The notes beneath the pieces are model-generated. The model saw nothing but the letters and a program-made list of their open reading frames with translations, was not told the DNA's origin and did not search any database. Shown one piece after another: positions 18,388-27,317 of a DNA stretch of 31,193 nucleotides; the stretch's first letter is position 1; each line of letters starts with the position of its first letter. Source of the stretch: a virus; IMG/VR virus record IMGVR_UViG_3300003154_000682, positions 74,354-105,546 of that record; one strand, written 5' to 3'. Made by a program: the position numbers and the translations under genes.

Positions 18388-19683
18388 ATGAGTAAAATTA
18401 AAGATGTTACTAAAGGAAATAAGATTAAAGTTTTAGCATATTGTGATTCACCAACATGTGCTACTGGTTTTGGAACTGTAAGTCGTAATATTTTAGGTGG
18501 TTTGCATGCTACCGGAAAATATGAAATTGATATTTTGGGTATTAATTACTGGGGAGATCCCCATAATTTTCCATTTAGAATATGGCCTACAGGAATTAAT
18601 ACAGATAGAGATCCTTATGGGAGAAAGAAAGCATTTACTATGATTCAGCAAATGGATTTTGATATTTTATTTTTTCTTCAAGACACATTTATTCTAGATT
18701 TTCTACCAGAATTACATAGTAAACTTTATGAATTAGGTAAAAAATTTAAATCTATTTGTTATTACCCTATTGATGGCACCCCTAAGAAATCTTGGTTACA
18801 AAATGTTAATGCTTGTGACTATCTTGTAGCCTATTCTGAATTTGGAAGAAAGGAATCCATCAAAGCTTTATCTGGAATGAAGATGCCTATAGTTATTCCC
18901 CATGGAGTAAATACTAAAGATTATGCTATAATCAATAAGGATGACGCTAGAGCCTTTAGAGCACATTTTTTCGGAACACAAGCCAATAAATTTATATTTA
19001 CCAACCTTAATAGAAATCAACAAAGAAAAGATATTCCCAGAACTATCGCTGCTTTTGCAGAATTTCACAAAGATGTTCCTGAATCTTTACTATATTTACA
19101 TATGGCAAAGAAAGATCAGGGATGGGATTTGCCCGAAGTTATCAGTGCATATGGTCTTAGTATCACTGAAGATGTTATTTTTCCAGAAAATTTCGGTCCA
19201 AATCAAGGCTATCCAAGAAACATTGTTAATATGATTTATAATGCTAGTGATTGTGTTATTAGCACAACTCTTGGTGAAGGTTGGGGGCTTTCTTGGATAG
19301 AGGCTATGGCTACCAAGACTCCAGTAATTATGCCTGGAAATACTGCTATGATAGAAAATATAACTAAGGAACGGGGTTGGCTTGTAAATAGTGGTAGTAG
19401 TCCTAGTTTATTTACTGTGGTACCAAATGATAATGAGATCATTAGACCTTTAGTTGATGTTGATGATATGGTTAGAGTTATGAAAGAGGTTTATAATAGT
19501 CCAGAAGAAGCCAAGAGACGCACGGAAAATGCATACAATTGGGTTACTACTGAGATGGAGTGGATGTATAATGTAGTACCTAAATGGCAAACTGTTTTTG
19601 ATACAGCCTATGAGAATTTAATAAACAATACACACCAGAATATTGGACACGCATCTAACGTAATTGAAACGGAGAGTTTTTAA
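18388..19683 (+). CDS. Glycosyltransferase, GT4-like (GT-B fold)
   Basis: DSPTCATGFGTV, VIPHGV, NRNQQRKD, IYNASD, EGWGLSWIEAMA (E-x7-E), PVI. Confidence 0.9.
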   Translation: MSKIKDVTKGNKIKVLAYCDSPTCATGFGTVSRNILGGLHATGKYEIDILGINYWGDPHNFPFRIWPTGINTDRDPYGRKKAFTMIQQMDFDILFFLQDTFILDFLPELHSKLYELGKKFKSICYYPIDGTPKKSWLQNVNACDYLVAYSEFGRKESIKALSGMKMPIVIPHGVNTKDYAIINKDDARAFRAHFFGTQANKFIFTNLNRNQQRKDIPRTIAAFAEFHKDVPESLLYLHMAKKDQGWDLPEVISAYGLSITEDVIFPENFGPNQGYPRNIVNMIYNASDCVISTTLGEGWGLSWIEAMATKTPVIMPGNTAMIENITKERGWLVNSGSSPSLFTVVPNDNEIIRPLVDVDDMVRVMKEVYNSPEEAKRRTENAYNWVTTEMEWMYNVVPKWQTVFDTAYENLINNTHQNIGHASNVIETESF

Positions 19684-19684
19684 T

Positions 19685-20479
19685 ATGAATATTCATACTG
19701 TAAAAGCAAGGGATTTGCCTGATTTATGGTTTCAACTAGTTCATGATATACTAGATCATGGACGTAGATTTGTGATAGATCGTGGTTCTTATGCTGGTCA
19801 AACTCGTTTAGAGTATGATTATTTTACTGGGCAGGTAAGTTATCCTGGTACAAGACCACTAATACCAGATATTCCAGCAGCTTGTGGAATTCCCAACCCT
19901 GTTGAAGAAACTTATATTTTTGGTGGTGATGGTCATGAAAGATCTTATGTTGAATATTTGATGACAGGCGTTAAAGCAGATGGGGAGTCCTATACTTATG
20001 GAGAAAGACTAACTAAAGCCCCTATAACAGCTGATCAGCTTCTATGGAGAATAGCTGAAAAGGGAGAGTTAGTAGATTTGAGAGAAGTGGATGGTAAAAT
20101 TTTATTTAAAGAAGGTAACAACCTTTATTTGAACCAGATAGAATGGGTAATAGACACTTATAAAAAATTTGGACATAGAAATAACCAAATGGTTTTACAA
20201 GTAGCACATCCTACCGATCATTTACTTTTAGATCCTCCATGTCTTCGTTCTATTGATACTAGAATTCAAGACAATAAACTTAATTTCATTGTTTATTTTA
20301 GAAGCTGGGATCTTTGGAATGGTTTACCAGCCAACCTTGCTGGAATTCAATTAATGAAAGAATACATGGCTTCTGAAATAGGAGTTGAGGATGGAGAAAT
20401 GATAGTAGAAAGTAAGGGTCTTCATTTGTATGACTATGCTGAAAACTTAGCAAAACTTAGATGTATGAAAAACGATTAA
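19685..20479 (+). CDS. thyA: Thymidylate synthase family protein (archaeal-like ThyA type, dUMP-specific Asn)
   Basis: YTYGERL, NQIEWVI, catalytic PPCL, FRSWDLWNGLPAN, HLY. ATG 19685 follows GGAGAG and is preferred over TTG 19664. Confidence 0.88.
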   Translation: MNIHTVKARDLPDLWFQLVHDILDHGRRFVIDRGSYAGQTRLEYDYFTGQVSYPGTRPLIPDIPAACGIPNPVEETYIFGGDGHERSYVEYLMTGVKADGESYTYGERLTKAPITADQLLWRIAEKGELVDLREVDGKILFKEGNNLYLNQIEWVIDTYKKFGHRNNQMVLQVAHPTDHLLLDPPCLRSIDTRIQDNKLNFIVYFRSWDLWNGLPANLAGIQLMKEYMASEIGVEDGEMIVESKGLHLYDYAENLAKLRCMKND

Positions 20480-20485
20480 ACAAAA

Positions 20486-20505
20486 GGGGGCAGAATATTG
20501 CCCCC
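20486..20505. terminator. GC-rich hairpin after thyA
   Basis: GGGGGCA-GAATAT-TGCCCCC is a perfect 7-bp stem. An A-tract precedes it and no U-tract follows on +. Confidence 0.5.
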
Positions 20506-20510
20506 ACTAA

Positions 20511-20539
20511 CTTGACAAATTAAAATTATGCATTATAAT
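20511..20539 (+). promoter_or_regulatory. Consensus sigma70-like promoter for the glycosylation cluster
   Basis: TTGACA 20512-20517, 16-nt spacer, TATAAT 20534-20539; AGGAGG ribosome-binding site at 20576-20581. Confidence 0.7.
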
Positions 20540-20589
20540 TGTTCTATAGAAGTTATAACAATTTAGTATTATGATAGGAGGAAAAGTAA

Positions 20590-22773
20590 TTGGAAATAAA
20601 GGGTATAAAATATATCAATCCTATTTTTGATGGTTCTGGTTATAGTCAGGCTGGTAGACAATACGTTCTGGCTCTGCACAAACTAGGGATCCCAATAACG
20701 TTGGCACCGATATCTTTTGAGGCCGCCAGACCTAATTTAGGAGAAGATGAAAAAATATTAAGAAGTTTAGTAAACAAAAATATTGATTACAATATTGTTC
20801 TTTGCCACACAACTCCTGAATTTTATGCACAATATAAAGAGAAGGATAAGTTATTTATTGGTTATACTATTTGGGAGACTAGTAAATTACATTTTGCCTG
20901 GCCAAAATATATAAATGATACAGCTGATTTATGTATGGTAGGTTGTGATTGGAATGTAGATGTATTCAAAAATAGCGGAGTAACTGTACCTATCATTAAT
21001 ATACCCCATGTTATGGATGTACAGGAGTTTAAAAATATCGAGCCATATAATATAAATGGTATCAAAGATGATGCTTATGTATTCTATTTTATAGGTCAAT
21101 GGTGTTATGATGAACAAACAAGAGTTTTGACTAGAGATGGCTTTAAGTATTTTAAAGACTTATTATATAATGACGAAATAGCTACTTTAAATAAAGAGAA
21201 TAATAAGTTAGAATACCATATGCCTGATAAAATAGTTAAATTCAGAAGAAAAGATAAAATGCTACACCTGAATAGTGAAGGTCAGTACGACATTTGTGTA
21301 ACTCCAGATCATAAAATGGTTGTTAAAACTAAATTAGATGAATCCTGGCAACTTAAACCATTAAATGATCTACTAGCAAAAACTAGAGATGGTAAGTTAA
21401 AAGTTAGTAATATATATAGATCTAAAAAGAATTGTATATGGGATGGTCAAAAAGAAGATTTTTTTTATCTTCCTAATACTAAGAGTGATTCTAATATGGT
21501 TGAATCAAAAGAAATTAAAATGAATGATTTTTTGGAATTTTTTGGATGGTATTTGTCTGAGGGTTCTCTAGAAAAGTCTAAGAATTATTATAGAATAGCC
21601 ATAACTCAGAAAAAAAGTGAGGAGTACAGGAAGGAAATTTGGGATTGTGTGCTACGTATGGGATTCACACCAATAAATCATGGTAAAGATATTATATTTA
21701 ATTCAAAGGACTTATATTTCTTTTTAGAAGGGTTTGGTAAATGTTATGAGAAGTTTATACCTGTGTGGGCAAAGAATTTGAGTTCCGAACAAATAAAAAT
21801 ATTCCTTAACTCTTTGTTTAAAGGAGATGGAAGCTTTTCAAAAGATAAGAGTTGGGCAAAATATACTACCACTTCTAAAAAATTGGCAGAGGATGTGCAA
21901 GAATGCTTACTTAAGGTTGGTTTTTCTGGATCTATTTCTACTTGCGATCCTACAAAGAAAAAATACGGTAAAATAGACGGGAGATTGATAGAAGGGAAAA
22001 GATTACAATATACAGTTTCAGTAAATAAAAAACAAAATGAACCATCCTTGTGCCGTGCTAGGTTAGATGAAATAGATTACGATGGATATGTATATTGTGC
22101 TACAGTAAAAAATCATACAATGTTGGTGGAAAGAAACGGTAAAGTACTTTTTTCTGGCAATACTGAGAGAAAAAACGTTTTATCCACAATAAAAACTTAC
22201 TGGAGAACCTTTAGAAAGGGAGAAAATGTAGCCCTTGTTATGAAGACCTATCGAAATGATTATAGTGAGTCAGAAAAAGAAGCAATACGCACAACAATGA
22301 GAAGACTAAAAAGTGTATGTGCTATGGAAGGTTACACCTATCCACCAATTTATTTAGTATTAGATATGTTGAGTGACGATGAAATGAAAGGTCTTCATGC
22401 ACGGGGAGATTGTTATGTGTCACTAGATCGAGGAGAAGGTTTTGGCTTATCTACAGCAGCAGCTGGAACAGCAGGCAATCCAGTAATTGCTACAGGTTTT
22501 GGTGGGGCCACAGAATATTTGAAGAAAGATAATAGTTATCTTGTCAATTATATTGAGACATGTTGTCATGGTATGCCATGGTCAAGGTGGTATAGTCTAG
22601 ATCAATATTGGGCATTTCCCGATGAGAAACACGCATCTGAACTTATGCGTTATGTCTATGAAAATAGAGATGAATCTATAGCTACTGGAAAAAGATTACA
22701 GAATTATATTGATGCTAATTTGAACTACAAAGTGATAGGTCAGAAAATTATCGATAGTATAAGGAGTTTATGA
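20590..22773 (+). CDS. GT4-like glycosyltransferase interrupted by an intein (about 374 aa after splicing)
   Basis: Extein motifs SGYSQAGR, IGYTIWET, FYFIGQW/TERKN, DCYVSLDRGEGFGL...GNPVIATGFGG. TTG start after AGGAGG. Confidence 0.88.
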   Translation: MEIKGIKYINPIFDGSGYSQAGRQYVLALHKLGIPITLAPISFEAARPNLGEDEKILRSLVNKNIDYNIVLCHTTPEFYAQYKEKDKLFIGYTIWETSKLHFAWPKYINDTADLCMVGCDWNVDVFKNSGVTVPIINIPHVMDVQEFKNIEPYNINGIKDDAYVFYFIGQWCYDEQTRVLTRDGFKYFKDLLYNDEIATLNKENNKLEYHMPDKIVKFRRKDKMLHLNSEGQYDICVTPDHKMVVKTKLDESWQLKPLNDLLAKTRDGKLKVSNIYRSKKNCIWDGQKEDFFYLPNTKSDSNMVESKEIKMNDFLEFFGWYLSEGSLEKSKNYYRIAITQKKSEEYRKEIWDCVLRMGFTPINHGKDIIFNSKDLYFFLEGFGKCYEKFIPVWAKNLSSEQIKIFLNSLFKGDGSFSKDKSWAKYTTTSKKLAEDVQECLLKVGFSGSISTCDPTKKKYGKIDGRLIEGKRLQYTVSVNKKQNEPSLCRARLDEIDYDGYVYCATVKNHTMLVERNGKVLFSGNTERKNVLSTIKTYWRTFRKGENVALVMKTYRNDYSESEKEAIRTTMRRLKSVCAMEGYTYPPIYLVLDMLSDDEMKGLHARGDCYVSLDRGEGFGLSTAAAGTAGNPVIATGFGGATEYLKKDNSYLVNYIETCCHGMPWSRWYSLDQYWAFPDEKHASELMRYVYENRDESIATGKRLQNYIDANLNYKVIGQKIIDSIRSL
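21103..22161 (+). mobile_element. Intein with LAGLIDADG homing endonuclease (353 aa)
   Basis: Block A CYDEQTRVLTRDGFK, block B VTPDHKM, LAGLIDADG blocks FFGWYLSEGS and FLNSLFKGDGS, block H TTSKKLAEDVQECLLKVG, blocks F/G YDGYVYCATVKNH...SGN followed by Thr. Confidence 0.93.
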
Positions 22774-23261
22774 TGTTAAAAACACTAAACGTAGGGTGTG
22801 GTGAAAGAACGTATAAAGAGTATCCTGTGGGATATGAATGTATAAATTTTGATGCTAGAGAGATTCCTAATCACACCAATGTAGTTGGAGATGTTAGAGA
22901 TCTTTCATTTTTTAATGATGAACATTTTGATTACATTTTAGCATCTGATATAATTGAACATTTTCCTATTTCTGAAACACCTGCTATTCTTAAGGAATGG
23001 AGAAGAGTTTTGAAAGTTGGAGGTGTTATAGAGTTTAGATTACCAGATTTGAATGCTATATGTAGGGCTTATGTAGAGAAAAGGCAAGATGCTAAACTAA
23101 CTAGCTGGTTACTATATGGTGGACAGGACTATCCAGGCAACTTCCATTTTGTAGGATTTGATAGGCGGTTTTTGAATTCTGTTGTTACTCCTTTAGGTTT
23201 TGAGGAGATTGAATGTAGAGATTCAGGAAATAATTTTGAGATAAAATTTAAAAAAGTATAG
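22770..23261 (+). CDS. Class I SAM-dependent methyltransferase (type 11-like)
   Basis: LNVGCG, VVGDVRDL, FDYILASDIIEH, EWRRVLKVGG. Confidence 0.85.
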   Translation: MMLKTLNVGCGERTYKEYPVGYECINFDAREIPNHTNVVGDVRDLSFFNDEHFDYILASDIIEHFPISETPAILKEWRRVLKVGGVIEFRLPDLNAICRAYVEKRQDAKLTSWLLYGGQDYPGNFHFVGFDRRFLNSVVTPLGFEEIECRDSGNNFEIKFKKV

Positions 23262-23274
23262 GAGATGGAAAAGA

Positions 23275-24042
23275 ATGAAAACAATTACTTTCCCAGTAGG
23301 ATATAGACCAAATTATTTACAAAATTTCTTAGGATATTTAAAGAGATACGATTTGTCAGATTATACAATAGTGTGTAGTGCGGAAAACTGTCGTCCTTGT
23401 ATTGATATATTAAATAGAAGTGAGGTACCATTGATAGCACTACTTAAGAAGAATTCTAGTGGTGTTAAATCTCACTCAGGTGCCCGTGATAATATGTATA
23501 ATGTGCTTAGTTATGCTTTTAGTGAGCTAAAAACGGATTTTAATGTACATTTAGAAGATGATTTCTTGTTATCCCCTGATGTTTTTAATTTGGCTAATTG
23601 GTATTATGAGACATTTAAAGATAAACCTATGACTTACGTAAGCTATGGGTTATTCAATCATGAAAGTCGAGGCGAAGATTATGCGGCAACCGAAACTATT
23701 ACTACATTCGAAGGATTAGGCTGGTGTACTTTCAAAGAAGGCTGGGAAACGTGCTTTAATAAGTATTGGTATAATGATGTCTATGCTAGAAAATACTTTA
23801 ATGCTTATGGATGGGATTGGGCTATGTCCGGGGCATATAGAGAGTTTGGGTTTAAAGGTATAAGACCCCTTATTGCTAGAACGAACCATGACGGTAGACA
23901 TGGTGGTACTTGTTGTACAGTAGAGCATCATGATAAACACTATGGAAATTTGAAATGGAATCAAACAGAAGTGGTAAAAGAATTCAAACTTCCCACAGAG
24001 CCTGATAGAGATGAATCTAAAGTTATGGGAGCCATAATGTAA
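23275..24042 (+). CDS. GT-A glycosyltransferase resembling GT13 (GnT-I/POMGnT1)
   Basis: RPNYL, LEDDFLLSPD, FEGLGW, WDW, RPLIARTNHDG appear in the same order as GT13 motifs. Confidence 0.65.
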   Translation: MKTITFPVGYRPNYLQNFLGYLKRYDLSDYTIVCSAENCRPCIDILNRSEVPLIALLKKNSSGVKSHSGARDNMYNVLSYAFSELKTDFNVHLEDDFLLSPDVFNLANWYYETFKDKPMTYVSYGLFNHESRGEDYAATETITTFEGLGWCTFKEGWETCFNKYWYNDVYARKYFNAYGWDWAMSGAYREFGFKGIRPLIARTNHDGRHGGTCCTVEHHDKHYGNLKWNQTEVVKEFKLPTEPDRDESKVMGAIM

Positions 24043-25109
24043 TGAAAGTTTTGACACTTGCTGGAACAAGACCAGAACTCATAAGGTTATCAGTCATAAT
24101 TAAGAAACTGGACGAATTAGTAGACCATATATTCGTATTTAGTAATCAGAATTATCATTATAATCTTAGTACAATATTTTTTGAGGAGCTTAGGATAAGA
24201 AAGCCTAATTTTATTTTTGAAAATAATGGATATTCCTTTGCTAAGTTTTTTTCAAATGCTATAGAAGATTTTGAACAGATATTAAAAACAACAAAGCCAG
24301 ATAAAATATTGATTCTTGGAGATACTAATACTGGTTTGTTAGCTTTGGTAGCTAATAAGATGAGAATACCTGTGTATCATATGGAAGCAGGCAATAGATG
24401 TTATGATAGTAGGGTACCAGAAGAAACAAATCGTAAAGTTATAGATAGTTTGTCCACATATAATCTTCCATATACAGAGAATAGCAAACAGAATCTATTG
24501 AATGAGGGATATGATAAAAACCATGTCTTTAAAATAGGCAATCCTATATACGAAGTTTTAAATTCTTACGCAATAGACATAAATTGCAGTGATGTTTTAA
24601 ATAGATTAAATTTAATAAAGAAAGAGTTTGTGTTGGTGACAGCTCATAGAGCTGAAAATGTTGATGATATAGAATCATTATCTAATATAGTTGGGGCAGT
24701 AAATGATATGTCAAATAGGTTTAGAGTTGTATTTTCTATACATCCACGTACAAAAGATAAACTATTAGGATTTGATTTAAAGTTTTCAGATAATATTGTA
24801 ATCGGTAGCCCCTTTGGTTTCTTTGATTTTGTTAAACTAGAACGATCAGCTAAAATAGTTATCAGTGATAGTGGTACAGTACAAGAAGAATGCTGTATAT
24901 ATAAAGTACCCTCTATAACTATAAGAAATACTACTGAACGACAGGAAACTATAGAGTGCGGTTCTAATATATTATCTGGAACTAATAAGGATGCTATACT
25001 AATGGCTTTTAATTCAATACTTAATAGAACTAATACTTGGATTCCACCGGATGACTATCTAATTAAACACGTATCTGATACGGTGATAAACATACTTTTA
25101 GGAAAATAG
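24042..25109 (+). CDS. wecB: Non-hydrolysing UDP-N-acetylhexosamine 2-epimerase (WbjD/CapG/FnlC-like subgroup)
   Basis: GTRPELIRLS, QNY, LGDTN, HMEAGNRCYDSRVPEETNR, TAHRAEN, HPRT, SDSGTVQEE, RNTTERQET. Confidence 0.92.
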   Translation: MKVLTLAGTRPELIRLSVIIKKLDELVDHIFVFSNQNYHYNLSTIFFEELRIRKPNFIFENNGYSFAKFFSNAIEDFEQILKTTKPDKILILGDTNTGLLALVANKMRIPVYHMEAGNRCYDSRVPEETNRKVIDSLSTYNLPYTENSKQNLLNEGYDKNHVFKIGNPIYEVLNSYAIDINCSDVLNRLNLIKKEFVLVTAHRAENVDDIESLSNIVGAVNDMSNRFRVVFSIHPRTKDKLLGFDLKFSDNIVIGSPFGFFDFVKLERSAKIVISDSGTVQEECCIYKVPSITIRNTTERQETIECGSNILSGTNKDAILMAFNSILNRTNTWIPPDDYLIKHVSDTVINILLGK

Positions 25110-25119
25110 GAGAACCAAA

Positions 25120-25713
25120 TTGATACTTAAGACTATAGACTTTACTGAATTCTATAAAAATGTCGTAGGCATTTTTTCAAAATATTTTACAGAACAAGAA
25201 ACAACAGCTTTGATGGAATATGTAGAAATTCTTTCTGATGCCAATTTTCGTTGTTATAGAGCGAATATGATTGTAATCGATGGAAGAAAGTTAAATAAAG
25301 GTGCTGTAGTTCAGTCTAATTTCAATCTTTATAAACTAATTGCTGAGATGGAATGGGTGGCAAGAAGTGTAGGTGAATATCGTGTAGCATCTAAAGCTAA
25401 TATCAACAGATATATATCTAATGTTAAAACTATAAACGAAATTGTAGAACCTGAGAATTGGATGAGTGATGATATTGTTTATAGTGTAGGTGAAATGATG
25501 GATAGACTTTCTATTGAGACCATAAAGCGTGAAGATTTTAGAGTAAATAATCGCCCAGTACATATGACAGAAGCCTCACAAAAGTTGAGTAATAGAGTTG
25601 AAAAGTATCTTAGAGCTAAGCTGGAAGAGATAGATAAGAAGGGTTTCTACGAGTGTGTTCATGAACAAAGAACTTATGATATAGAGGGAATTGTGGAGGA
25701 GCTAGTTATTTAA
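25120..25713 (+). CDS. Hypothetical helical protein (DUF4254-like motif)
   Basis: TTG start after AGGAG. SVGEMMDRLSIETIK resembles the DRLSI motif of DUF4254-type proteins; this resemblance is from recall and unverified. Confidence 0.5.
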   Translation: MILKTIDFTEFYKNVVGIFSKYFTEQETTALMEYVEILSDANFRCYRANMIVIDGRKLNKGAVVQSNFNLYKLIAEMEWVARSVGEYRVASKANINRYISNVKTINEIVEPENWMSDDIVYSVGEMMDRLSIETIKREDFRVNNRPVHMTEASQKLSNRVEKYLRAKLEEIDKKGFYECVHEQRTYDIEGIVEELVI

Positions 25714-26553
25714 ATGGATAGAATACCAAAAGAACTACATTTGTATTGGGATGGTAGTAATATGTCCAAACTACAGTCTTTAACTGTAGAATCTTTTCAT
25801 AAATTAAATCCAGATTGGGGAATAAATATTTATATGCCTCATAAAAGATATACTGGAGACATGAGATTTGATTTTATACCAGATTATATAGGGCCAGACT
25901 ATTTTAATACTATTAATAATCTGGATTGTGTGAATGTATACTCAATAGACCTGAGCGATTATGGTATATCGGAAGACTTACCAGATATAATTAGATCAGA
26001 TATTTTTAGATATCATGTTTTATATCATGTTGGCGGAGTATGGTCAGATTTTGATGTGTTATGGCTGAAACCAATGGATCATTTTCACAAGATAGAATAT
26101 TATGGTAATGTTCCGATAGACAAGGTTAACGCTGTGGTATCTCTTTATAATGGAACTTATGGCGGCCATAGTATTGGAATCATGATACATAGTAAAGGAG
26201 ACGCATATATTAAATCACTAATACAATATTCAAAAGAGGTGAAACCTCCATTTAGTCATGAGGTATTTGGTGGTACTTTGTTAAATACACATTATCCTAC
26301 ATTGGAGTCTATTCCATTTGAAGGCGTTATAGGTGTAAAATTTGAAACATATTATCCATATAATATACATCCACCAAATGCTACTATATTAGATTTATAT
26401 GAACGTGATAACATAAGCTGTTTACAAAATAATAATGTTATGTGCCTCCATTGGTATAACGGGCATTATCGAAGCAAGGAATATGTTAATAAAAATGGGA
26501 TTAATACTCCATGTAGTATGACTACTATACTTAGGAAGAATGGTTATATATGA
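25714..26553 (+). CDS. GT32-like glycosyltransferase (DXD sugar-binding)
   Basis: RIPKELHLYW, SFHKLNPDW, RSDIFRYHVLYHVGGVWSDFD, HWY. Confidence 0.85.
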   Translation: MDRIPKELHLYWDGSNMSKLQSLTVESFHKLNPDWGINIYMPHKRYTGDMRFDFIPDYIGPDYFNTINNLDCVNVYSIDLSDYGISEDLPDIIRSDIFRYHVLYHVGGVWSDFDVLWLKPMDHFHKIEYYGNVPIDKVNAVVSLYNGTYGGHSIGIMIHSKGDAYIKSLIQYSKEVKPPFSHEVFGGTLLNTHYPTLESIPFEGVIGVKFETYYPYNIHPPNATILDLYERDNISCLQNNNVMCLHWYNGHYRSKEYVNKNGINTPCSMTTILRKNGYI

Positions 26554-27317
26554 AAGTTTCTATTATAATACCCACTTACAAGAGGTGTCATCTTCTTAAA
26601 TGGAATTTAATATCTTTATCTAAACAAGATCTTCCATTTGAATTTGAGACTATTATATTAAATGATGGAATTTTGGATGAAACCGAGCAACTAGTTACAC
26701 AGTATAAAGATAAACTAAATATAAAATATTTATTTACTGGTTCTAGAAATCTTGGCGGACAAATAATATGGCGAGTTCCAGGTTATGCTATAAACATTGG
26801 TGTTAAACAAAGTCAAGGTGATATAATCATCATTTGTTGTGCTGAAATCTTTCATCTAAATAATACTATAAAAATATTAATAGATGCTTTTGATTCTTCC
26901 AATAGCGAGAAAGTTTTAGCTATACCTCAAGCTAAAGATGATGATGGAAGATTTTTAAAACAACTTGAATCAAGTAACGGGCAGTTTGATATGAATCATT
27001 ATAATGTGCAGCCACCACTTATAAATGTAAAGTTTCCATTTTTCTTAGGAATGAAGAGAAGCGAATTCGAAAACATAGGCGGGTATGATGAGGATTTTAC
27101 TGGTACTGATTATGATGATGAAGACCTAATTATGAGATTGTTATCAAATGGTAGTTATCATGAAGAGACATCAGCTTTAGCTATACATTTATGGCATCCT
27201 AGACTATCTATGACTCCAGAAAGAATACCAAGATTTGAATTTAACAAGAAGTTATTTGAAAAAAGAAGAGGGATTATAAAAAGAAATGTTGATAAAGAGT
27301 GGGGCAAATTAGTATGA
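26550..27317 (+). CDS. GT2 family glycosyltransferase with GT7-like C-terminal motif
   Basis: VSIIIPTY.R, ETIILNDG, AINIGVKQSQGD, IGGYDEDFTGTDYDDEDL, HLWHP. Confidence 0.88.
   Translation: MKVSIIIPTYKRCHLLKWNLISLSKQDLPFEFETIILNDGILDETEQLVTQYKDKLNIKYLFTGSRNLGGQIIWRVPGYAINIGVKQSQGDIIIICCAEIFHLNNTIKILIDAFDSSNSEKVLAIPQAKDDDGRFLKQLESSNGQFDMNHYNVQPPLINVKFPFFLGMKRSEFENIGGYDEDFTGTDYDDEDLIMRLLSNGSYHEETSALAIHLWHPRLSMTPERIPRFEFNKKLFEKRRGIIKRNVDKEWGKLV

Noticed and set aside
19685-20479. T4-like dCMP hydroxymethylase
   Set aside because: The specificity residue is Asn (GLPAN), not Asp, which indicates a dUMP substrate.
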